From Candidatus Eiseniibacteriota bacterium (GTDB lineage: Bacteria > Eisenbacteria > RBG-16-71-46 > CAIMUX01 > VGJL01), in NCBI GenBank assembly GCA_041946735.1, contig JBHGAY010000003.1, positions 1 to 64,000 of the forward strand: a DNA stretch of 64,000 nucleotides, written 5' to 3'. Shown here one piece after another: positions 39,748-49,476 of the stretch (within the stretch, counting starts at the first letter, position 1; each line of letters starts with the position of its first letter). Made by a program: the position numbers and the translations under genes. The notes under the pieces were generated by a model. The model saw only the letters and a list, made by a program, of their open reading frames with translations. It made no database searches and had not been told where the DNA came from.

Positions 39748-40827
39748 CTACTCGCGGGCGGGCGCCAGCGCGCGCTCGAAGAACTGCGCGACGCGCACGA
39801 AGAACGCCGGGTAGTCGACGAACTCCGGGCCGTTCGCGCCGCCGTGCTCGGCGCCCGGAACGATCCACACCTCCTTCGGTCCCGCGAGCTTCTCCGCGAT
39901 GCGCTCGCTCATCCATGGCGGTGTCCGTACGTCCTTCTCGCCGACGATGAGCAGGACGGGGATGCGCACGCGCTCCGCCGCGCGGATCGGTAGCAGCGAG
40001 TCCGGGTAGGCTTCGGGAGCCTGGAACGCGCGATCGGGCATGACCGTCCGGAGGATCGGCAGGATGTCTTCGAAGGACGTAAGCAGCGCGCGCCCCGCGA
40101 AGGCCGCGATCTCCGGACGGTCGGCGGCCGTCGAGAACGAGAGGTACGCGCCGGTCGAGTACCCGAAGAGCCCGATTCGCGCCGGATCTACATCCGGGCG
40201 TTGCTCGATCGCGTCGAGCACCGCGGCGTAGTCGGTCAGGAACTCCGCGTAGCAGAGGCGATCCCGTTCCATCTCCCCTTCGGCCGGCCAGAGGTCGCTC
40301 TCGCCGAAGCCGCGCCAGTCGAACGTCACCGCGTTCATCCCCCTCGTGCAGAGGTGATACGCGTAGAGAATGTTCTGCGTCATGTTGCCGGCGTCGCCGC
40401 TCGCGATGACGACGGTCGGCGGTCGATCCGCCGGTGCGCGCCGCGCCGTGCCCGGCGCCCCGCCCAGCGGCGCTCGGGCCGGAGCGCGCTTCAGGGAATC
40501 GGGCACCGGGACGAGGCGCCCCACCAGATCGTTCGCGATCCCGGCCGTGTCCTGAGCGGGATAGAACCAGACGCAAAGCCCCACGCCGTCGGGCGTCCGG
40601 ACCGACAGCGGCTCATAGACGATCCCGTAGTCGGAAGGAACGGCCGGATAGCCATGCATCGGCTTCAGCGCTGCCGCGGGATGCGCCGCGGCGAGAAGCA
40701 GGAGTGCGAGGAGGATCGAGACGGCGGCATCGCCCGCGAGCGGAGGCAGGAGACGACGGAGCGGCGAGACGTCCGCCGGCGAGCCGGCGGAAACGAAGTG
40801 AGACAACGTGGAGCAATTGCGGCCCAT
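39748..40827 (-). CDS. Secreted alpha/beta-fold hydrolase (start uncertain)
   Basis: FDWRGFGES, GYSTG nucleophile elbow, GEKD and GAEH motifs; signal-like LLALLLLAAAHPAAA. Confidence 0.85.
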   Translation of the reverse strand: MGRNCSTLSHFVSAGSPADVSPLRRLLPPLAGDAAVSILLALLLLAAAHPAAALKPMHGYPAVPSDYGIVYEPLSVRTPDGVGLCVWFYPAQDTAGIANDLVGRLVPVPDSLKRAPARAPLGGAPGTARRAPADRPPTVVIASGDAGNMTQNILYAYHLCTRGMNAVTFDWRGFGESDLWPAEGEMERDRLCYAEFLTDYAAVLDAIEQRPDVDPARIGLFGYSTGAYLSFSTAADRPEIAAFAGRALLTSFEDILPILRTVMPDRAFQAPEAYPDSLLPIRAAERVRIPVLLIVGEKDVRTPPWMSERIAEKLAGPKEVWIVPGAEHGGANGPEFVDYPAFFVRVAQFFERALAPARE

Positions 40828-40964
40828 GGAAGGTTCCCCCTTTCCCGTCGCGCACCGTACTCCCTCGGGCTGCAGGGTGCCAAGGGGATCGACGGAACGG
40901 CACGATACCGCGTGGACGAGCGCCGGCTTGCGGTCGCCCGGCGCGCGCTCCTAAGCTCGCTGCC

Positions 40965-41918
40965 ATGCCCATGCTCGACAAGCGCCCGCAGTCGATCGCG
41001 ACGGCCCTGCCCCTGCCGGTCGCGGCGAGGAACCTGACAAAGTCGTACGACGGTTTGACCGCCGTCGCCGGCATCGACTTCGACGTGCGCCCCGGCGAGT
41101 GTCTCGGCTTTCTCGGTCCCAATGGAGCGGGCAAGACGACGACCGTGCGGATGGTTTCCTGCTTCACACCGATCACGTCGGGGATGGTCCGCGTGTTCGG
41201 TCTCGATGTGACGCGGAGCCCGCGCGCGATCAAGGCGCTCCTCGGCATCTGCCCGCAAGAGGACAATCTCGACCCGGACTTCAGCGTTCGGAAGAACCTC
41301 CTCACCTATGCCCGCTACTACGGGATACCGCCGGCCGAGGCGCGGAGTCGCGCGGACGGCCTTCTGGCGATGATGCAGCTCGAGGAGCGGGCAAGCTCGA
41401 AGATCCAGGAGCTTTCCGGGGGAATGAAGAGGCGCCTCGTCCTCGCGCGCGCGCTGCTGAACCATCCACGGCTCCTGATCCTCGACGAACCGACGACCGG
41501 CCTGGATCCTCCGGCGCGTCACATGATCTGGCAGCGCGTTCGCCAACTCCAGGCGCAGGGGACGAGCATCCTCATCACGACGCACTACATGGAGGAGGCG
41601 TCGCAGCTCTGCGATCGTGTGATCCTGATGGATCAGGGGAAGATCCTGCTCGAGGGGACGCCGGAGGATCTGGTGCGCCGGGAGGTCGGCGCGGAGGTGA
41701 TGGAGGTCTGGAACTACGAGCCCGAGGTCCTCGCCTTCCTGAAGGAGCAGGGATGGCCGCACGAGCTGCTCGAGGATCGCGTGCACGTCTACCTGCCTCC
41801 CGAGGAGGATGGAGCGCATCGCTTCGGCGAACGGTTCCCGCATCAGGAACGTCTGCTGCGCCGGGCGACGCTCGAGGACGTGTTCCTCAGGCGCGCCGGG
41901 CGCGGACTGCGCGACTGA
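40965..41918 (+). CDS. ABC transporter ATP-binding protein (NodI-like)
   Basis: GPNGAGKTT, PQEDNLD, LSGGMKRR, LDEPTTGLDP and LEDVF motifs. Confidence 0.93.
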   Translation: MPMLDKRPQSIATALPLPVAARNLTKSYDGLTAVAGIDFDVRPGECLGFLGPNGAGKTTTVRMVSCFTPITSGMVRVFGLDVTRSPRAIKALLGICPQEDNLDPDFSVRKNLLTYARYYGIPPAEARSRADGLLAMMQLEERASSKIQELSGGMKRRLVLARALLNHPRLLILDEPTTGLDPPARHMIWQRVRQLQAQGTSILITTHYMEEASQLCDRVILMDQGKILLEGTPEDLVRREVGAEVMEVWNYEPEVLAFLKEQGWPHELLEDRVHVYLPPEEDGAHRFGERFPHQERLLRRATLEDVFLRRAGRGLRD

Positions 41919-41950
41919 GCGAACGGAGCAAACTGAGCGAACCGAGCGAG
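41915..41950 (+). repeat. 9-bp tandem repeat x4
   Basis: ctgagcgaa|cggagcaaa|ctgagcgaa|ccgagcgag. Confidence 0.75.
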
Positions 41951-41961
41951 AGGAGGAGCGG

Positions 41962-42750
41962 GTGTTGCAGGTTCTTTCGAACGTCTCGGGGCGGGCGCTC
42001 CACGTCTGGCGCCGCGACTTCGACGTCTATCTCACGACGTGGAAGACGAACTTCCTTCCGCCGCTGCTCGAGCCGGTCTTCTACGTGCTGGCGTTTGGGC
42101 TCGGCCTCGGGTCGCTGATCGGAAGCCTCACCTATCAGGGGAGGCCGGTCGGCTATCTCGAGTTCATGGCGCCCGGCGTCGTGGCGGTCGCGATCATGTT
42201 CTGGGCGTTTTTCGAGACCACCTACTCCTCGTTCGTCCGCATGTACTTCCAGAAGACCTTCGACGCGATCATTGCCACCCCTCTTCTCGTCGAGGACGTC
42301 ATCGTGGGCGAGCTGCTCTGGGGAATGACGAAGTCCGTGCTCGCCTCGTCGATCATGATTGTGATCCTGAGCCTCTTCGGGCTCGTCTCCTATCCCTCGG
42401 CGCTCGTGGTGCTGCCGCTGGCGTTCCTCGGCGGGTTGCTGTTCGCCGCGCTCGGGCTCATCACCACGGCGCTCGTCCCGAGCATCGACACGTTCAACCT
42501 GCCGATCTTCCTCTTTGTCTTTCCGATGTTCATGTTCAGCGGCACTTTCTTCCCGATCGATATCCTTCCGCTCTGGGCGCGCGCCATCGCGTGGGTGTTG
42601 CCGCTCACCCATGTCTCCTTCCTCGTTCGCGGGGCGTTCCTCGGGTGGCCGGTGCCGCAGGCGCTGGGTCACGTCGCCTATCTCGTCGCCTTGACCGCCG
42701 CCGCCTTCGTGCTCGCGCTCGTGCTCATGAAGAGACGGCTGGTCAAGTAG
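41962..42750 (+). CDS. ABC-2 permease (NodJ-like)
   Basis: LLEPVFYVLAFGLGLG, YLEFMAPG, QKTFDAI and FSGTFFP motifs; GTG start with SD GAGGAGG. Confidence 0.92.
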   Translation: MLQVLSNVSGRALHVWRRDFDVYLTTWKTNFLPPLLEPVFYVLAFGLGLGSLIGSLTYQGRPVGYLEFMAPGVVAVAIMFWAFFETTYSSFVRMYFQKTFDAIIATPLLVEDVIVGELLWGMTKSVLASSIMIVILSLFGLVSYPSALVVLPLAFLGGLLFAALGLITTALVPSIDTFNLPIFLFVFPMFMFSGTFFPIDILPLWARAIAWVLPLTHVSFLVRGAFLGWPVPQALGHVAYLVALTAAAFVLALVLMKRRLVK

Positions 42751-42752
42751 CC

Positions 42753-42820
42753 GGCAGGCTTATAGGCAGGCCGGCCGGCAGGCTGGTAGGCAGGCCTAGG
42801 CAGGAAGGCAGGCAGGCAGG
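42753..42820 (+). repeat. GGCAGG repeat array (8 copies) between convergent genes
   Basis: GGCAGG at 42753, 42765, 42777, 42789, 42799, 42807, 42811 and 42815. Confidence 0.8.
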
Positions 42821-42830
42821 AAGGCTTCGA

Positions 42831-44309
42831 CTACCGGACTCGCTCGAAATCGATGAAACCGTTCTCGACGTCGGTCGAGACGAGCCGCACGTGCACCCGG
42901 TCGCCGACGTCCAGGCCCTTCACGCCGGCCACGACCTTTCCTTCAACCGGGGGATGGAAGATGCGCACCCACGTTCCCTTCGCCGCCGCGCCGGTGACGA
43001 TCCCTTCGAACGTGTCGCCGATCCGCTTCTCGAGAACGAGCGCCGCCGCGGACTTGCGCAGCGCGCGCTCCACCTTCTCCGCGTCGTTCTCCTTCGTCGT
43101 GCAGTGGCGGGCGAGAGCGGCGAGCGGTCCTTCGGCGTAAGGCTGCGGCGATCCCGCCAGCGCGGACTTGAGGAGACGCTGGGTGAGGAGATCCGGGAAG
43201 CGGCGGTTCGGCGCGGTCGAATGGGTGTAGTCCTGCACGGCGAGACCGAAGTGGCCCTCGGCCGCTTCGCCGGGCGATTCCACCACGTACTCCCCGCGTC
43301 CCAGTAGCTTGATTACGGCGAGCGAGAGATCGGGGAAGCCGAGCGGGTCGGCCGCCTTCCGGCTCATCAGAAACTCCTCGAGGCGGGCGGCGTCGGGCTC
43401 GGACGGCAGCCACTCGCCGTGCTCGCGCGCGAGATCGACAATGCGTCCCCAGCGATCAGGGGAGCGCACGACCCTTCGGATCGAGGGGACCCCCTTTCGC
43501 ATCAGGAAGCGGGCGGTGGCGCCGTTGGCGGCGATCATGAAGTCCTCGATGAGATCCTTGGCGGCGTTGCGCATCTCGATCGACAGGTCTCGAATGTCCT
43601 CACCGTGGAAGATCGAGCGTGTCTGCACGGTCTCGAGATCGAGCGCCCCGTGCTCGTGGCGCGACTCGCGCAGCCTGCCGGCCACCTCGTCCTGAATGCG
43701 CAGGTTCGCGGCGAGGTCGGGGAGGCCGGTCAGCCGGTCCGGAGGGGGAGCGGTCCCGGCGAGCCAGGCGCCCACGCTGTCGTAGGCGAGCTTCGCATGG
43801 TTGCGGACGAGGGCGGGGTAGATCTCCGCGTCCCGGACGACCCCTGCGCCGTCGACCACCATCTCGACCACGATTGCGGAACGGTCCTCGTTCTCGTTCA
43901 GGGAGGTCATGTCGGTCGAGAGCGCCTCGGGGAGCATCGGAAAGATGACCGCCGGGGTGTAGACCGAGGTCGTGTTTCGTTCGGCGTGATCGTCGACCGC
44001 GGAGTCCTTGCGGACGAGGCGATCCACATTGGCGACGGCGACGAGGATCGTGGTATCGCCATCGCTCGTCTCCGCCGCGACGGTCAGCTGATCGAGGTCG
44101 CGCGAGTCGTCGTTGTCGATCGAAGCCCACAGGAGATGCCGGAGATCCCGCTCTCCGTCCCCGTTGGATGCGACGGGGCGTTCCCGTTCGAGCTGCTGGA
44201 CCTCTCGCTGGGCCGAATCGGAGAAATCGGGGAAGAACCCGCGCTCGAGCATCGCCCGACGCGCGATCGCCCGCAGGCGGGCACGATGGGACAGTTCCTG
44301 TGGTGACAT
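42831..44309 (-). CDS. RNB-domain (RNase II/R family) exoribonuclease
   Basis: SIDNDDSRDLDQ, TSVY, LIEDFMIAAN and HFGLA...YTHSTAPNRRFPDL motifs; C-terminal S1-like domain. Confidence 0.92.
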   Translation of the reverse strand: MSPQELSHRARLRAIARRAMLERGFFPDFSDSAQREVQQLERERPVASNGDGERDLRHLLWASIDNDDSRDLDQLTVAAETSDGDTTILVAVANVDRLVRKDSAVDDHAERNTTSVYTPAVIFPMLPEALSTDMTSLNENEDRSAIVVEMVVDGAGVVRDAEIYPALVRNHAKLAYDSVGAWLAGTAPPPDRLTGLPDLAANLRIQDEVAGRLRESRHEHGALDLETVQTRSIFHGEDIRDLSIEMRNAAKDLIEDFMIAANGATARFLMRKGVPSIRRVVRSPDRWGRIVDLAREHGEWLPSEPDAARLEEFLMSRKAADPLGFPDLSLAVIKLLGRGEYVVESPGEAAEGHFGLAVQDYTHSTAPNRRFPDLLTQRLLKSALAGSPQPYAEGPLAALARHCTTKENDAEKVERALRKSAAALVLEKRIGDTFEGIVTGAAAKGTWVRIFHPPVEGKVVAGVKGLDVGDRVHVRLVSTDVENGFIDFERVR

Positions 44310-44447
44310 GCGCGGATTCTAGCTTCTCGGCGGGCTCGGCCTATAGCTCTCTCCAAGCCTCCAAGCCCTCCGAGTCCTCTTCTTGCCGTCTTCTGGTCCT
44401 CTTCCGGCCCCCTCCCGGCCCTTGGCCGGCTTCTCGCTTTCGACGAT

Positions 44448-45572
44448 CTACTCGGCGCCGCAAGGGAAGCGATCCGGCATCGCAGCCAGGCGGTCCAGAG
44501 CTTCGGCCGGCACCTGCTGGAGGAAGGCAGTCTTCGCGTACGAGCGACCGATCAGCTGCCGGTTGGCGTCGAGCGAGTAGTCGGTCCAGCGGTCGCGCAA
44601 GTCCCCGGATCCTTTCTCGTTCACATCGAGAATCCGGACCGGGGAGGAGCACGAGAAGTCCAGATCGGCCAGGAGGATCGTCTTCACGCCCCGGCTCTCT
44701 TTGGTCCGGAACTGGATCGCCAGGGTCACCGGGTCGTAGACGATGCTCCACTGTGTTCGCGCCTTCTGAGACACGTCGTCGAGCAGGCGGAAGAGGTCCG
44801 CGGCTTCCGCGCGGCGCGCGCCCGAGGCGAGAGCCCGGCAGCCGGACGCCGCCCGCGCGAACCGGCCGAGCGACGACTCGGAGCGCGGCAGCCGCTCGTG
44901 GCCGCCGAATCCTTCGTGCCTTTGCAGGAAACGCTCGGAGTCGGTGTAGGTGTCGTTCGTCAACACCGGCGTCTCCATCGGCGCGACCTGCGTCCGCCCA
45001 TCGCCCGCCGGGCTCCGAGCATGGGTGCGATGCACGACCGCCTTGCCGTCGAGATACTCCACGGACGCGGTCTCGCCGGTCCGGTCCGCCACGAAGAAGT
45101 GCAGCTCGACCGAGCCGGAGCAACGAACCCGATCGAGGCTGGCGATGACTTCCTCGACCGTCGCGGAGGAGTCGAGCTGGTACTGGATCCATTGGACGGC
45201 GGGAAGGCTCAGCCTTTCGTCCTCCGAGGGAAAGACCGTCCCTTCGAGCCATAGAACCTCGACGACGAGCCCGGCCTCGTTCATCCCTCCCTGAGGAAAA
45301 TCGCGACCATACTGGTTGAACGTCACGCTTCCATGCTGGGACGTCCAGACGCCGGCCTGCGATGACGCGTCGTAGCCCGCGACCTTCGTCGCTCCCCGCT
45401 TGTTGACGAGAACGAGGCCGTCCGAGAAGTCCCAATCGTAGTTGCGCCCGACCAGGACCTGCCCGCGAGCGTCGACCGTGAAGCAGGTGCAGGCGGCCGC
45501 GAGGGAGCTCGCACCGGCCACGCCGCAGGCGAAGGCGAAGAGGGCTGCGATCCGGATCGAACGAACACGCAT
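44448..45572 (-). CDS. Linear amide C-N hydrolase (choloylglycine hydrolase/penicillin V acylase family), secreted
   Basis: Signal peptide then CT nucleophile; GRNYDW, GGMNEAGL, LHFFVAD, LTND and TQWSIVYD motifs. Confidence 0.9.
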   Translation of the reverse strand: MRVRSIRIAALFAFACGVAGASSLAAACTCFTVDARGQVLVGRNYDWDFSDGLVLVNKRGATKVAGYDASSQAGVWTSQHGSVTFNQYGRDFPQGGMNEAGLVVEVLWLEGTVFPSEDERLSLPAVQWIQYQLDSSATVEEVIASLDRVRCSGSVELHFFVADRTGETASVEYLDGKAVVHRTHARSPAGDGRTQVAPMETPVLTNDTYTDSERFLQRHEGFGGHERLPRSESSLGRFARAASGCRALASGARRAEAADLFRLLDDVSQKARTQWSIVYDPVTLAIQFRTKESRGVKTILLADLDFSCSSPVRILDVNEKGSGDLRDRWTDYSLDANRQLIGRSYAKTAFLQQVPAEALDRLAAMPDRFPCGAE

Positions 45573-45684
45573 CTCGCACCTCCCCGCATTCGGCGGCCTG
45601 TGAGGCCGGCCTGTGAGGCGGATGCCGGGCGGCTGGGCCGCCGCCCGGCGCTTCGATTCTCCGTCCCTGCTTCTGACCGGGCGA

Positions 45685-48015
45685 TCAGCGAACCAGGACC
45701 CAGCGCCCCGTTTCGCGTATTCCCTCCCCGGTCACCTCATAGTAGTAGGTCCCGTTGGGAGCGAGCGATCCGTCCGCCTTCCGGCCGTCCCACCGCCAGG
45801 AGAGCCCGCTCTCGGCGGCGATCGTCTGCGCTGACAAGACGTTCCTGCCCGCTGCGTCGAGAATGCGGATGGAGACGCGACCCGTGACGGGCAGCGAAAG
45901 CTGGAGCTGCGAGCTCGTCGCGAACGGATTCGGGTAGGCGCGCGCGGCGAGGCGCTCGCTCCCGGGAACCGGCTCCACTGCGGCTGGATCGAGAGAGATC
46001 CTTCGGACTCCGTGGCCGCGTGACGAGCAGAAGAGGTGGTTCGTGTCCTGGCCGTAGCAGATTCCCCAGATCACGCCGGTCTCGATCCCCGTGTTCAACG
46101 CGCTCCAGTTGAGCCCATCATCGTGGCTGACGTAGACGCCGAGGCGGTTGCGGCCGGCGTAGACGTCCGTCGTCAGATAGCCCAGACCGGACCAGATGAC
46201 GCCGCTCAAGCCCACGTACGACCAGGTCTGGCCATAGTCCGTCGACTTGAACTCGCCCGTATCGGTTCCGACGAAGAGGGTCGATGGATCGAAGTCGCGG
46301 GCGACCATGCCCGAGATGACGGTCGGCGCTCCGAGACCTGTCGACGGCGTGAACGTGGCGCCGAAGTCATCGGAGTAGTAGGTCTGGGTCGTCAGCTGCT
46401 GATAGACCGCGTGGAGGCGTAGCCCGCCGCCGGGCTTCTGGCCGATCACGAGAGCCGGGAAGAGGCCTGCCGTGATTCCCTGGCCGCCGAGAGTCCAGTG
46501 ATCGCCTCCGTCATCGGAACGCCAGATCCTCGTGGAAGCTCCTTCGCCGGCCCACACCCGCAGAGGATTCGTGGGATCGACGACCACCCCCTGGATGTAG
46601 GTGCCGCCGAAGCCGACGAGCTGCCAGCTCTCTCCATGATCGATCGAGCGATACAATCCCTCCCACGTGGAAGCGAACATGGTGTCGCTCGAGTACTGGA
46701 AGTGGTTGTCCGGGGAGAATGTGTATAAGGACCAGTTTTGCAGGCCGTTGGACTTCATCTCCCAGGTGATGCCTCGGTCGGTGCTCCGCCAGATGCCGCT
46801 AGCGTCGGAACCTGCCCACAGCTCGTCGCGGTCGGCATAGTAGGCGAGGGCGTAGACGTAGGAGTCATCGATTCCGGTCTGCGAGACGTACCAGGGCGAA
46901 GCCGGGCCCGGCGAGCGATAGACCCCACCCCAATGGCCGTAGAGGATGCCCGCCGACGAGATTCCTCCCGCCTGCCAGAAGCTTGCGACGATCCCTTCGT
47001 TGTAGTTCGTCCAAGTGGCCCCGTCGTCGGTGCTCTGATAGACGCCGCCACCGCTCGGACCGTCCGCGATGATCGCCGCATAGAGCACGCCGTCCTTGTA
47101 CAGCGGCGGACCGTAGCCGGCGCCTGTCAGGACCAGGGTCCAGTCGGTGCCGCCGTTCGTGGTCTTGTAGACGCCGTCGGTCGTCTGCATGAAGACGTGG
47201 TCCGGGTTCTGCGGGTCGACCCACAGTCCCCAAGCATCCGTGTTCGGACCCTGGGGCGTCCAAGTAAGCCCGGCATCGTCGCTGCGATAGATCGGTGGCA
47301 CCGTGCCGCTCATCACCACATACATGCGGTTGGGGTTGGCAGCGCTCGTGCCGAATCCCTTCATGAAGCCGGCGTTGACCCCGACCGTCTGCCAGGTCGC
47401 GCCACGGTCCGTGGAGCGACGGATTCCTCCGTTACTGGGCAGACCTGCGATCAGGATGTTCGGATCATCGTATTGGACGCCGACACCAAGGACGATCTGG
47501 CCTGCGAGAGACACGAACGTCCAGGTCGTGCCCGAGTCGGTGGAGCGGTAGAGGCCGTCATAGACGGCGGCGTAGAAGACACCCTGCTCGGATGGCGAAA
47601 CGCACACCGCCTGGATCGGCTTGCCGAGGATCGCGCCATCGTACCAGTGGATTCCTCCATCGTCGCTCAGCCAGATCCCGCCAGCCTCGCGAGCGCCTGT
47701 GTATCCGGCGCCGCAGATCACGCGGGAAGGATTGTGAGGGTCGGCGACGAGGGCTCGGATGTTCCCGCCCCACGGACCCCGGCCGTCCCACAGCCCGGCG
47801 CCGCGATCGCCTTGTGGGATGGCGCTCTCCGCCTCGAGGTACCCCGGGCGAAGCGGCGAGTCGGACGGAGTGGGAGTGAAGCTCTCCTCGACGACCGCGT
47901 GTCCCGCCGCGGTCCTCGTGACAGCGAAGGAGTGCGCGGGCAGCATCAGGAAGAGCGCGCAAGCCAAGGCGCTCCACAGCACGGCAGTGGAGACAGAGAC
48001 GATCCCAATGCGCAT
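45685..48015 (-). CDS. Secreted BNR/Asp-box (Vps10/sortilin-like) beta-propeller protein with CTD
   Basis: More than ten S-x-D-x-G-x-x-W type repeats; PNPF...LDAAGR...WDGR...GTYY. Start MRIGIV. Confidence 0.88.
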   Translation of the reverse strand: MRIGIVSVSTAVLWSALACALFLMLPAHSFAVTRTAAGHAVVEESFTPTPSDSPLRPGYLEAESAIPQGDRGAGLWDGRGPWGGNIRALVADPHNPSRVICGAGYTGAREAGGIWLSDDGGIHWYDGAILGKPIQAVCVSPSEQGVFYAAVYDGLYRSTDSGTTWTFVSLAGQIVLGVGVQYDDPNILIAGLPSNGGIRRSTDRGATWQTVGVNAGFMKGFGTSAANPNRMYVVMSGTVPPIYRSDDAGLTWTPQGPNTDAWGLWVDPQNPDHVFMQTTDGVYKTTNGGTDWTLVLTGAGYGPPLYKDGVLYAAIIADGPSGGGVYQSTDDGATWTNYNEGIVASFWQAGGISSAGILYGHWGGVYRSPGPASPWYVSQTGIDDSYVYALAYYADRDELWAGSDASGIWRSTDRGITWEMKSNGLQNWSLYTFSPDNHFQYSSDTMFASTWEGLYRSIDHGESWQLVGFGGTYIQGVVVDPTNPLRVWAGEGASTRIWRSDDGGDHWTLGGQGITAGLFPALVIGQKPGGGLRLHAVYQQLTTQTYYSDDFGATFTPSTGLGAPTVISGMVARDFDPSTLFVGTDTGEFKSTDYGQTWSYVGLSGVIWSGLGYLTTDVYAGRNRLGVYVSHDDGLNWSALNTGIETGVIWGICYGQDTNHLFCSSRGHGVRRISLDPAAVEPVPGSERLAARAYPNPFATSSQLQLSLPVTGRVSIRILDAAGRNVLSAQTIAAESGLSWRWDGRKADGSLAPNGTYYYEVTGEGIRETGRWVLVR

Positions 48016-48183
48016 CTTGAAGACTCCTTTCTTCCGCCAGTCGCACATCACGACTGGACGACCGCGGTGGAGGCTACGCTCGTCGGCGGGCGCGTTCAAG
48101 CATCGAACCGGTTGATGGGCGGCGAACGAATCGAGGTGTCGTCGGCGAGAGGCTGGCGCGAAAAGCGGAGCGCGCCTTCCGTC

Positions 48184-49446
48184 TCACCTGCGGTGGCGCG
48201 AGACCGCCAATCCAACGAGCGCCATCGTCGCGAATGCGGCGCCGAGATGGAACGTCGCCGCAGGCCCGTAGGCGCTCCACAACGCTCCGGCGAAGACGCT
48301 GGCGAGTAGCAACGCGCCGCCCGTAACGAGATTGAAGACACCGAAGGCGCTGCCGAGAAGATCGGGGGGGGCAGTGTCGGCGACCAGCTTCGAGAAGAGT
48401 CCCTGCGTGAGACCGAGGTGCGCGCCCCACAGAGCGGCGCCGGCGAACGCGAGCAGGGGAGACTTCGCGGCGCCGAGTACGAGGTCGGCCCCGATCAGCA
48501 TTCCCAGGCCGAAGATGAGGAGCGTCCGCGCGCGGAATCGATCCGCGGCAGCTCCCGCTGGATAGGCGACGGCCGTGTAGACGACGTTCATCACGATCAG
48601 CACGAGCGGCACGTGGCCCAGGCTGAGTCCGACGTTCTGAGCGCGCAGGACGAGGAACGCTTCGCTGAATCGCGCCAACGTGAACAATCCTCCGACGACG
48701 ACCACCAGCCAGTAGCGCAGGCCGAGGCGGCGGGCATGAGCGACGGTCAATCCGGACCTCGCGCCCGGCTGCGCTCCTTCCGGCTCGTGCACTCCGAAGA
48801 CGAGGAGCGCCACCGAAACGAACGCGGGCACGACGGCGATCCAGAGGACGGATCGGATGTCGTCGGCGAACCACGCCATCGCGAGGAGCGCCAGCAGAGG
48901 ACCGACGAACGCTCCGACCGAGTCGAGCGACTGTCGCAACCCGTATGCAGCGCCCCGCAGCTCGCGCGGGGCGATCTCCGCGACGAGCGCGTCTCGGGGC
49001 GCTCCGCGAATGCCTTTTCCGACCCGGTCGACGAAGCGCGCTCCGAACACCCAGCCGACCGATTGCGCGAGCGGGAAGATCGGCTTCGTGAGGGCCGCGA
49101 CTCCGTAGCCGAGCGCCGCAAGCAGCTTCCGCTTGCCGAGGTAGTCGCTGATCGCTCCCGAGAAGACCTTGGTGACCGCGGCGGTCGCCTCCGCAACTCC
49201 CTCGATGACGCCGACCGTCGTCATCGAAGCCCCGAGCACGGAGACCAGGAAGACGGGAAGCAGGCTATGGATCAGCTCGGAGGAGGTGTCCATGAACATC
49301 GAGACGAGCCCAAGAGCCCAGATACCTCCGGGGAGGGCTCGCAGGCCGCCACGGCGCGTTCCGGAATCAGGTGGTGTATCCGGCGGCTGGGAGGGGGCCG
49401 ACCCGGGAGTCGGTCCGGCGTCCTTGGGAGGGAGCTTCGGCCTCAT
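48184..49446 (-). CDS. MFS transporter
   Basis: SMFMDTSSE, GAISDYLGKRK and DRVGKGIRGAPRDAL motifs; about 12 TM segments. Confidence 0.92.
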   Translation of the reverse strand: MRPKLPPKDAGPTPGSAPSQPPDTPPDSGTRRGGLRALPGGIWALGLVSMFMDTSSELIHSLLPVFLVSVLGASMTTVGVIEGVAEATAAVTKVFSGAISDYLGKRKLLAALGYGVAALTKPIFPLAQSVGWVFGARFVDRVGKGIRGAPRDALVAEIAPRELRGAAYGLRQSLDSVGAFVGPLLALLAMAWFADDIRSVLWIAVVPAFVSVALLVFGVHEPEGAQPGARSGLTVAHARRLGLRYWLVVVVGGLFTLARFSEAFLVLRAQNVGLSLGHVPLVLIVMNVVYTAVAYPAGAAADRFRARTLLIFGLGMLIGADLVLGAAKSPLLAFAGAALWGAHLGLTQGLFSKLVADTAPPDLLGSAFGVFNLVTGGALLLASVFAGALWSAYGPAATFHLGAAFATMALVGLAVSRHRR

Positions 49447-49476
49447 GCAGTGGGCGACGGCTGGGAGGGCGTTCTT

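Noticed and set aside
40965..42750. nodIJ as evidence of nodulation
   Set aside because: NodI/J-like ABC-2 exporters are widespread, and no nodABC genes are present.
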